Positions 52,201-60,711 of a DNA stretch of 64,000 nt are shown one piece after another (the stretch's first letter is position 1; each line of letters opens with the position of its first letter). Position numbers and translations under genes: made by a program. Below the pieces are notes generated by a model. The model saw only the letters and a list, made by a program, of their open reading frames with translations. It was not told the DNA's origin and did no database searches. Origin of the DNA: Phallusia mammillata (Eukaryota); the NCBI GenBank assembly GCA_965637545.1, contig OZ281501.1, positions 6,200,001-6,264,000 on the forward strand. The letters run 5' to 3'.

Positions 52201-55200
52201 TCCCAACGAATGCAATTCGCGCCAGTGACTGTGGATGAAATACTGCCATCATAAGTAAGTCCAGTGCCAACGAAGCAGGTATCGCTGCCTGGTTGTTTTT
52301 GAAAGCACGGATGTGTGTTACAACGTTCGCTTTTGTCCGTTCTGACAGCCGTTCCCCCGCATGGGGCCAACAAACATGTGCGAAAGTAGATCTTGTATCC
52401 ACCACCACATTTACGGCTGCAGTCCCCTTCATATTTCCAATCCGTCCACCGGCCTCTATAATACATAGGACAGTAAGCGAACCCTTCTATAGACTCCATC
52501 TCGCACTGCTCTCTGCCCTCGCTTTTATCATCAAGCAAAGTACAGGCGTCAAACCAGAATGCCCGGTAACGGAATGGAAACTCGCACCCGTATGAAGCTC
52601 TACTATTTGTCGAAAAGCGTGGAATAGTATACCCAATACCCTCGCCGGTTAGGTTAGTCTCGCAGCTTGGTAAATCGCAAAACATACGCACTGGTGGGTC
52701 CTCCTTATTTCTGTAGCAGTAAGGCTGCGCAAATTCACTCCGTGGGTTACGACAATAGTTGCTTTCTAGCTCTGGATACTGAACGCTTGTTACCCCTGGG
52801 TGAGCGTGTGGTGTATGTACGTCCCACCGTTGACATACCGTGCCATCATTGGCAAAATTAGTTGTACCGCGATAATTGTTTCCTTTGCCGTAGAAGCACT
52901 CCAGGCACGGTTTAGTATTGCAGCTTTTTCCCATTTTACGGTTGATTCCGTGACACAAGGGCATGCGACATACACGCGTAAGCACAAAGTGCCCTCCACC
53001 ACAGGAACGGCTACAGTGACTTGCCTTTTTCCAGGTACCCCATTTACCTCGAAACGCATCAAGGCAGTAGCCCCATTTTGTGTGTTTGTCAAAGTCGTGG
53101 GTAAGTGAGCACCATGCCCTGTTTCGTCTGTGATCAGTAATACACTGGTCGTGACTCTGTCCGTCAACGATAAAAGGAAAATGGCATTTGCCAATGGCTT
53201 TATCTGTCAGTAAAGCCATTCGGTTATCCGCCTGAAATTGAACTGAGTTGCCTTCAATGGTTAAAATCTCGTCGCTTGTACACGGCTGGATGTTGCACTT
53301 CTCACCCTTCTGTGGGCCTTCGGTGCTGCCCGAGCAGGGAGCAAAGAGGCAGAATCTTCGTTTGTACACAACTCCACCACCGCATGGCTTATCGCAGGTT
53401 GATGGCCCAATCCATCCAGACATTGTACCTCGTTGGGCCATTGGGCAAACACCCCATTCTTCTGGATTCTTATCATAGTTAGGTGAAGTGGGACAGACGT
53501 GCCTACCGTCGGGTAGCGCAAAACATCCCCATGATTCATGGTGGTTACGAATATAAGGGAATATGCAATTTTTACCTACTACGGGGCCTCCTTCAACCGT
53601 TACCATTTCTGCCTCTAAAGTACTGGTAGCAGCAGAAACTTCACAAATGGACCGCACTTCTTTATCAGTCCCACTGTTATATTCCACCCATTCGGATTTT
53701 TCTGTTAAAACGCGAACAACTGGACTTCTGCCTACGGTTTTCCAATTTTCTACCTGCGCGACGCTCTCCAAATGCAGTCGTTTTTGTGTGCCAGCTTCTA
53801 ACAATACACCGTACGTATAATCACATGTCCACTGCTGGTTCTTACTAAATGCATCACATGGTAACAGTTTTAAACTTTCCTGGACATTTTGATTTTCGTC
53901 AAGTACAGCGCTTAAACAACGCAGATACTTAACGCTTCTAAACATGTTTGGTTTCAATCTCTGCCATTTCCAAGCTTCGTTTTCGATTGAACAACTTTCT
54001 TTAAGTTCAGGAATATACTGATCGTTATCATGTACAGCTACCAAGCAAAACCCCACATCTTTTCCAGCTAATTTATGGTAAATTACAAACTCATCAGTAG
54101 CTAACACCATTGTTGCAAGCAAAGCACAAATCCCTTTGTAAACAAACATTTTGTCTCATAGCTATTTTCTTGACTGTGTAATAAAACAAGATACTGTCAT
54201 TACAGATGAACAGTTTCTGTCTGTGACAAACAAACGCTTTGTCGTGAAATAACTGTGCATTGTTTTATGAAGGTGTCGCCTGTGTAGTATACTTGAGATG
54301 GCCAGTTCCAGATTGCGTGGCCGAAAAGTTCTTCTTCCACTTTTACATGAACTTGCAGAAGTCGTGCAAAGTTTCCAGAGCTTTGTTTAATGCCAAGGAA
54401 GCTACAAGAGAGAGGTGGGTTTGCTTCTAATTGTACAATAACAATTGTAAGTATTTTGGTGTTGAAATGATATTTCCCTTGTTTTAATAATGTAGTGTTT
54501 CACAAACTAGTACGCATATTAGTGGTAGTACTGTAAGGTCTTTCAGCACAAGAAGTGTAGCCTATTTGTTGATTTTCTGGTTATGAGTTATAATAATATT
54601 AGTGCAATATTTTCTAAAATTTACACCACTTTTATTGCATGCTTTTGAGTTTTTGGGGGATATTAGTGGTACACCAAAACGGTTTAAAACCTACGAATGG
54701 TAGGCGAGTAAAAACTCCATTATTTGATTAATCGCCAGTTATGTTCCAGCAGTACTTACTGAAGAGTTTGCTTAAATGTTCTAGGTGTTGGGTTTATTTG
54801 CATTTTTAAACTCATTTAAACCAGTTTGTCAACTTTCTAAAACCTGTAATTAGTATTAATAGTTTAATGTTTTTGGTTAGAGTTGTCTGTGTTGTAACTA
54901 AACCAACGATTTTACACTTTTTTGTGGCAGATACCCAGATTACACACTTTGGAACGCTTTCACAGCTACCGGCAGTGACGTTACAATCGATCTTTCTCGA
55001 ATTCGCCAGTCTCAGTTACAGAACCGTTTAAATGACGTCGAATCACCTGTACTTGACACGCCACCTTTTATTGATGAAGGTACGAAGCAAAACTCAAATG
55101 AAAAATGACAGTTGATGCCGCTTCTAAGTCTAAAACCTAGTTAATGAAAAACATGACTTTCTTTCGTACATACGCTTTTACTTAATTAAGGTAAGATCAA

Positions 55201-58200
55201 CACAAATTCATAGCCGGTCACGACAAACTAGTACGCCAGGCCCATTAAAAGGGGTCATACCGAATCAGCCAGTCATCAAGCATTCCCATATGGCAAGGTA
55301 CGGACTAGAAAAATATACCCGGGAATCTTGGAAAGACTTCTGTCGTCGGTTCGAATCCCACGGCAGGATATATTTTAGTCTGTGCTATATCGGAATGCTT
55401 GGTGACCGGCTGATTGGGTATAACGCCTTCAAATCTTCAAAGTAATTTATTGTGTTTTTCTAGTGGTAAGCGACGAAGAACGGTTTCATCTCGTCCAAGA
55501 AGCTTTGTCACGCTTGGGTGGTTCTGTGTCAGGTGATAGTGACGTCATATCGTTTTTACTGGGTCTGGTGGAGGAGGCCACAGAAAGGCTGACCAGCGAT
55601 GATAATGTGGATAGACCAATTGTGATTCTCCCCAAAGCTGTAGAAAATGTCGATGGTATGTTATCTGCTGCCAATGCAGTTTGCATGAAGTGTATTTTAA
55701 TGCACATTTTGGTGCCATTGGTTTTGTATCTGATAGCAACGTTGGGTAAAAATGTAAATGCACTGCAAACTTCTAATAACCAACTTAACCAGGTACCAAA
55801 TAAACGAAACAAAAGAATAAAACTTCAATCTCTAGACATTGTTTGTTATGTGTGGTCTATTATAATTGTAATATTTTGTTCAGTTTTTGATTTGTTAAGC
55901 AGTCTAATTAATTTTCTGTTTACCATTAAAAGTTTTATTAAAGTAATTCACCTGTATAACAGGTACGGTTGATTTGCTTTCGCTCATGGGATTTGATCTG
56001 CAACCGATCGACAGCAAAAGTCTACCTCCGACCTCAGATAGATCACATGGCGCAGACAAGATGATAGTGTTTCCTCACTGGAATCAAGACTCCCTGCTTC
56101 TGCCCTGTCACCAGGCTCTCATTGGCCTTCACGGTGAGACGATGCGTCGCTTTCTAGTCTTCTCAAAGCTGTGCGCTTGCGCAATTGCTAGTAGACTCTC
56201 AGCGCAAAAAAAAACTATACTGCGCTGAAATTAATCCACCACACAGGGTACACACTGCATGTGCCCATAACATTGCAATATAGTGTACTCAGACACATTA
56301 CTAAAATGATTTTAATGTATGCTAAGATATATGAAACGTTAGAGGGAACATCGTGTAGGATAGTCCAAGAACAAAGAGATTTTTTTGGCAGCAAAGCATT
56401 TGTTACTAACCTGGTACCAAGCATCGTATGCTCTTACTTAATGTTTGGGTTTGTTTGGATCAGTGGTTCTCAACCTGTGGTACGCGTACCACTAGACAGC
56501 CTTTAAACTTGCTAACTGAGCCGGTTTCAGCAATACGCAAGCCTGGCAAAGAAAAATGGGCCCATGTCTTGGTCTATCCATTCACACGGGGTTTTGGTGG
56601 TACGCAGCCATAGAAACAGTCGCCAGGTGGTACGCGATCAGTATAGGGTAGAGAAGTACTGGTTTGATGACCCTCTCAACTTAACGAGCATGCATAATTT
56701 TGTGGTTAACTAGGCCTTAGCTTGTCAGGAAACAGCTTGCATAAATGTCGTTTTTTTGTTTAGAGTTGTGTCAGAATCCCGAATGTCTCCGCATGATGGC
56801 GCTAATGCTTCCACTGCAACAAGAGCTTCTTTCCTATCTGATTGACTTGGTAATTATTTTGACTTGGTACAATTAGTGCTTAAAAAATGTGCAGCATGTT
56901 TTTATTGGTAAATCCTATTTCAGCAAATACTTTATTTTTGTTTAGTGGGTTTATGAATAATGCCAAATTTTCAAATATTTTCCAATTTTCCAGCGCAAAA
57001 CGTCTTTTGCTGCGTTAACACAGAATATTGGACTTGCACAATATTTTGGCCAAGTCCGAGTCCAATTGCGACGAAAAATTTGTTTTGTTTTAAAACATGA
57101 ATTACAATTTGCCACTTCGTATAGGTGCAACCAAAACAAACCATACTAAAGGAACACATTTAATTTTAAGATTGTTGATGTTTAAGAAATAAATGAAATC
57201 CAATGACTTGGTTTAAATGCTGATTTCATGATTTACAACTCTTCAAATCGTCATTTTGCTTGTTATATTAAAAAAAGCTTGGCTTAAGCTTTCATTGAAC
57301 TTTTTAGTTGTCTATTGTCCATCATACACCAGAAGTGCAACTTCGTACAACAGACGCCTCTGTGCGAGAATTGTGGCAGCAAAGAGCGATTCGTCGCTCC
57401 CTAAAGGAAATTGGAATTAGTAATGTTATGGACCTGGTGTTTTTTTCAAGGAGTTTAATGTCAAGGTAAAGTAAACAGATCGCTTGATTAAATAACAACA
57501 AAGCGATCGACTATGGTCAAATTGTTTCTTACGTTTAAGTCATTTAGTTTAATTTTTCTAAATTGTGTTTTCAGTTCTCACATATTTCAAGTTAAACAAA
57601 TACGTCCCTGTTCAAACTATATGCTTTTCATTTTTTATGTTTATTTAGATTTTTTTTTTGGTTATTTACTACGCATTTTACGAATAAATTTAATGGAAAT
57701 GATTTTGTGCACTTTGTCTTTGGCGATTTTATATGTTATAATGTTGTCGTATTATCTTTTTATTTGTGAATTTTTTTCTCAAGAAAACTTGTTGATTTAA
57801 AAAATATGATTTTTTTTACAAAATTATTGCTTATGTTTAGATCATGTCTTTTGGCAAGCCTCCAGTTTCTGACGTCATTCTCGTTGCATCGCGACCAAAG
57901 CGTTCTTGAACAATTGGACGTCACTTCATTGGGGAAAATACCCCAAACTGAAAGCGCAGAGGATCCCATCAAATTGGATTCGCTAAATCTTGCCCTTCTA
58001 CCAAGAAACGAGGTGACAAATGAAATATTTTTTGCTACCTTCTCTGGTATATATTTCAAAGATTTTGTTTTCTATTTTGATTTTAACTTTTAAATCTTTG
58101 TTTTTCCCTAATCTTACTAAGAAGAATAACGGCAAGTAATTTTTGCCCCTGGAAACGTATTGGTTAATGTTTGATATACCATTGTTTCTCAACCTTTTAT

Positions 58201-59780
58201 TGATTACATACTACCTGAAGACGTTTTTATCGCTGCGTGGGCCGCCACCTAAACTTTGTTTGTTCTAGAAATAGCCTAAACGTTATTTTCATGACTATGT
58301 TGGCATATTTCTGTAGCCACCAACGTTAACAATTCCAAAAAGTCGTACAAAACACGGGTTGTGCCCAAAACCACGGCGAATCAGTTGGAAAATCACAAAA
58401 CATACCTCACGGCAGACTCACATTAAGCTAATTTCCAATAGGTGAAGCAATGAGCACTTTTACCCATTTAAAACGACACATCTTCAAAAATGCTTGCAGT
58501 TAGGGTCGGGGTAAGGTATTAGCATTCAAAATTCAATACAAGGAGCAATATAAATTAGTTTCTATTAACTTTTTAAAACTTTACATCCTAACTCTACCCC
58601 TCTTCACCTGCTAAATAAATAAATAATTTAGCTCTGCGCCACCTATCCAGAATTGTCTGAATGTGGGTCTGCCGTGAGGAATGATGTCAGTAGCTAATCA
58701 GTTGGGCACTTGAGTTGCAATTCTTGATCTGATTTGAATTAAATATAGCAGAAAGCTACTCGCGTACCACCTGAATTTTGAGAACCACTGCCTTAAACAG
58801 TACATGTTTGGTCACGTGACAGGTTGCTGTCAAATCGTCATGGATGGGCGATGACAGTTTTGAGAAGGAGAAAAAGGAAAGAAAGAAACTCGCAGACGAC
58901 ATACGGAAGTTATCAGAGAAATATTCACAAGCTCTCGAGCACGCCAAGTGGTGGCATCGTGATGTGCGAGTCCCACAGCAAGTATGTCTGTTATTATTGA
59001 TAAATTGTTTTATATTTGTTGCGTACCGAATCGCTTTTACTGTGTTAAATGCTGCCCGTAACATTCGCAAGCGATTCTAGCTGCATAAAGGTCGCACGGG
59101 CGCAATATTGTGCTCAGAAAGAAAAGAAATGGAATCGCTTGCTAACACTGCATTAGATTTGTTTAGTTATCCACACCTTATGTAAAATCCAAACGTTTCC
59201 GAGGGTCGTAAGGTTGTATACAACCTTTTTTCAATGGGCCGCATTTTGCCAACATGTGCACAACCCCGCTTTAGTGGTTTGGCAGTAATAGTTCAATAGA
59301 AATATACACACTTTAATATAGCATGGTTCATTCGACACAGTAACAGGTGGATGACTTGTCTGTGAATCAAACACGCACTTGGATAAAGACCGAAAGTTGC
59401 TTTAAAAAAGTGTGTAAATGCTACATAAAAACCATTTACTTCCATAAAAGAACGTTGAACTCCAGTAAATCTGCTGTAATGTCCCTTTAATGTTTTCTGT
59501 GCAGGCTGGCAACAGTTTAGTATCGCAAGACAGTGCATTGAATGGCGGCGACCAACCGACACACCCACGAAAGGTTAAAGTTCAATCTGGTGCCACGCCC
59601 TCTTGCAACCGACTCCTATTGGACGATAACAAGCAGCAGTCAGGTCTACTAGAGACGCTAAGTCGGCGTAGTGAAGCCCGAATCATTTTACAGAGGCGAT
59701 GCGATGACCTGAATCGACGCCATACCGCCTGCATACGGGACACTTACCTCCGATATGCTGAACAAAAGTCTGTACAGTAA
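40232..59780 (+). CDS. TPR-repeat + CHAT-domain protein, TTC28-like (~30 exons, ~1395 aa)
   Basis: Phase-consistent exons: 40232-40388, 40687-40886, 41087-41164, 41296-41393, 41673-41805, 41862-41958, 42049-42154, 42612-42777, 42908-43063, 43130-43267, 43534-43642, 43712-43810, 44206-44368, 44903-45033, 45411-45529, 45915-46012, 46131-46181, 46909-47062, 47123-47245, 47471-47591, 47981-48166, 54273-54414, 54931-55079, 55464-55655, 55963-56133, 56764-56849, 57308-57465, 57841-58012, 58823-58981, 59505-59780. The N-terminal third has TPR-like helices. CHAT motifs appear in order: ALKELFVLLIKPL, VPFDQL, SVIGGPVMP, IAEYL...GEEATKDKFL, LQLMVISS, LLTAG|VACVVYLRWPVPD, FFFHFYMNL, LWNAFTATGSDV. Individual minor exons are less certain. 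Confidence 0.78.
44553..44606 (+). ncRNA. Degenerate hammerhead-ribozyme-like motif (stems decayed)
   Basis: AGCTGCA-CTGATGA-GACggaatagataaatg-GAAA-CAGtgaaCTG-TC-TACATCT. Canonical core; stem I pairs 5/7 and stem II is broken. Sequence-related to 61733-61784. Confidence 0.45.
46588..46650. mobile_element. Left-end fragment of the 19580-family MITE
   Basis: CAGGACTTCCCAAACTGGGAGTCGCGTAACAAACTTGAGGGGTCGCAGAGAGCT closely matches the sequence from 19580; no right TIR seen. Confidence 0.7.
48807..54149 (-). CDS. Intronless 1780-aa secreted, probably GPI-anchored mosaic protein: SP - ricin-B-like - FN2-TSP1 - (FN2-TSP1-kringle)x6 - FN2-TSP1-TSP1 - hydrophobic tail
   Basis: Single 5343-nt ORF with a hydrophobic N-terminus, 8 FN2-like CxFPF/Y modules, 9 TSP1-like modules (most with WxxW), 6 kringles (CRNP...P[W/Y/V/F]C) and a C-terminal hydrophobic segment TALFCIVAFLICRLLT with no cytoplasmic tail. 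No protease domain. Confidence 0.93.
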   Translation of the reverse strand: MFVYKGICALLATMVLATDEFVIYHKLAGKDVGFCLVAVHDNDQYIPELKESCSIENEAWKWQRLKPNMFRSVKYLRCLSAVLDENQNVQESLKLLPCDAFSKNQQWTCDYTYGVLLEAGTQKRLHLESVAQVENWKTVGRSPVVRVLTEKSEWVEYNSGTDKEVRSICEVSAATSTLEAEMVTVEGGPVVGKNCIFPYIRNHHESWGCFALPDGRHVCPTSPNYDKNPEEWGVCPMAQRGTMSGWIGPSTCDKPCGGGVVYKRRFCLFAPCSGSTEGPQKGEKCNIQPCTSDEILTIEGNSVQFQADNRMALLTDKAIGKCHFPFIVDGQSHDQCITDHRRNRAWCSLTHDFDKHTKWGYCLDAFRGKWGTWKKASHCSRSCGGGHFVLTRVCRMPLCHGINRKMGKSCNTKPCLECFYGKGNNYRGTTNFANDGTVCQRWDVHTPHAHPGVTSVQYPELESNYCRNPRSEFAQPYCYRNKEDPPVRMFCDLPSCETNLTGEGIGYTIPRFSTNSRASYGCEFPFRYRAFWFDACTLLDDKSEGREQCEMESIEGFAYCPMYYRGRWTDWKYEGDCSRKCGGGYKIYFRTCLLAPCGGTAVRTDKSERCNTHPCFQKQPGSDTCFVGTGLTYDGSISSTVTGANCIRWDDDGSHHSNRFLPTGFPRLRENHCRNPSPGVHRIPWCYVIKHNSVQWAYCDIPRCPTQPGELWAISKDTVNVLVPAKTCIFPFVGADRGSHEACTPFNSFGDNKFRYCAISNDVSKNLRGSSFAALRNGFRSGIFAICPTATIGTWSSWSDGRCSAVCGGGKFMRTRTCLHPPCNEEQDKGHHPVCNTQPCKTCLEDNGKTYRGNVSVALGGVTCLPWKSFETHNTHFKPSLRAELEGSYCRNPLGAEKLPWCFVSTEMATSYCEVPHCNDVHMRGISYTIPEEGKIQVVKPCHFPYQFLGEYYFNCVPRSGVYYCPHDENFNDENPKTWARCPSIYQGKWTAWNKTTTCSKMCDGGQWMYIRECLIPLCEGSKLKYEGSCNTHRCTWKVTMGENVDCFYGEGHAYIGTVSRTLGGDTCIDWRNKDSKYHFYAAKGAGLDLVHSYCRNPSPFGFRVAPWCFVDTDLRWMYCDIMRCPLLPGEVRTVGGPDNDRPCVFPFISLGKTYQKCIEEDISFENVQGTHTFRFAVCATLGNSDQSPQRATDTRWGICPRAYRGTFSPITAIRGANGCSEACGGGKIKYRQHCRYPPCGSAYPGDEITFRGQCNTHPCPECMGSDSTAYRGTMSKFIDGLVCEKWTTVFASPRLAHTFRDWSRKDVLGDRNHNYCRNPIPEDSTLPVCYAKRKNNSPVGLKVCDVPRCQLVEPIYTLNGGECIFPFKLRGKTVHSCQKSPDSEHDHFCAYARITSEEFKFSTCATQQIGTWSAWTSVGKCSSVCGRGTTVLRRICRYPPCIGDHEKEGGFCNNFECDKQRTCYDARTRGREFNSNNPAYHGTAACKRWNNYDQYHTISNDHPDLDFSQAGCRNPGGKRPRPFCITNERWRTTTIAYCNVPPCPDLGSFPIMVATSTAQHRPAFSPCIFPFVYNSVTYHACTNEPTPTRRLPISTYWCATVSELTNEYRSDEWGYCPVKSQGLWNDWATVGTQCASACVKFTTRRCLHPPCLGRQWRLDSETCTDTYCVLARWAPWSSWTDCSSCIRVKIRHRFCFRKTITVSESQCEGVGSEVQACGSIEESKMCDTMHATGYSTVVAVNVLTGRYNSVIGGGVASVYRLKSTALFCIVAFLICRLLT
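55245..55432. mobile_element. Imperfect foldback (inverted-repeat) element in a TPR-CHAT intron
   Basis: The arm at about 55251-55327 is the approximate reverse complement of about 55353-55427 (ATACCGAATCAGCCAGTCATCAAGCATTCC vs GGAATGCTTGGTGACCGGCTGATTGGGTAT). Confidence 0.7.
56461..56661. mobile_element. hAT-like MITE, degenerate right end
   Basis: Left CAGTGGTTCTCAACCT, right AGGGTAGAGAAGTACTG, internal GGTACGCG motifs. Confidence 0.6.
58180..58790. mobile_element. hAT-like element apparently containing a second MITE
   Basis: Ends CATTGTTTCTCAACCT / TTTGAGAACCACTG; no TSD confirmed. Confidence 0.5.
58405..58679. mobile_element. MITE with ~20-bp TIRs
   Basis: CCTCACGGCAGACTCACATT / AATGTGGGTCTGCCGTGAGG (one mismatch). 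Confidence 0.75.
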
Positions 59781-59813
59781 GACCTGTGTGTAAGGTTGAT
59801 ACTTTGGGTAGAG

Positions 59814-60106
59814 CTACTAACACAGGAATTCACAGCACATAACGTTTGCTAAATACCGATAGAGGGCGTAAAGAGCGCAGCTATTTATAAAAACAATGGA
59901 ACTGGAATAAGGTTAAGGACTAGATTTAACATAAACAACTACGTTTTGAGGTTAATTTTAATGTTATTGTTCTTATGAAACCTTGGACGAACCCTAATAG
60001 CTCTAACCGTCAGCATTTTTTACACAAACTACATTTAAAATATTTGAGTGCGCCATACCTACCGGAATTTAGCAAACCTACGTGCTGTGAGTTCCTGTGT
60101 TAGTGG
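59814..60106. mobile_element. MITE with ~25-bp TIRs between the convergent TPR-CHAT and PMPCA 3' ends
   Basis: CTACTAACACAGGAATTCACAGCAC / GTGCTGTGAGTTCCTGTGTTAGTGG. Confidence 0.75.
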
Positions 60107-60711
60107 TTTTACCGACACTTTGCGTTTGAACTGTTGATTTCACTGAGTGTTCCAGTTTTTGGTACATTCACTTATAGATGGCGTGTGATTTTAAAAAAAC
60201 TTTGGCATCATACTAGATTACTAGAACTATCAACATTTGGGTATAGATATCTCTTGTATTTCCTAGATTCCTTTTTTAATGCACGCCGAATTGCGTAGTG
60301 TCATTTATCAGTAGTTAATCACAAAAAAAGCTTGAAAAAAATCGCCTTAATCGTCTGCTTTCAGTAGACCAAGGTAGTGCGCTGTGATAGTTGTTTAAAA
60401 ACACTGATTTCAGAAACCGCCTCTTTGGAAAATGCTGTCAAAACCCTATCTCCTATTAATATGTTCGGTTTCATTGTATTGGAGAACACTGTATTGTAGG
60501 CAACACGAGTTTCATACACAAAAAATGTATTTTACCAAAATTTTGCAATGTTTTGCACTTTTCACAACCAGCAAACACGCATATGTCTTGCCGTTTCATT
60601 GAATCAAGCTTTGCACTGTGGTTTGCTTTGTACGCAATATACGACTTCTCGCTATATGTGTGTTGTAAATCCAACATAAGTCATCCAGCATCCATTTTAC
60701 TATGTGAACAT

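Noticed and set aside
55656-55972. C-terminal half of the 169-aa ORF 55463-55972
   Set aside because: Intron read-through: there is a donor at 55656 and the TTC28-like sequence resumes at 55963.
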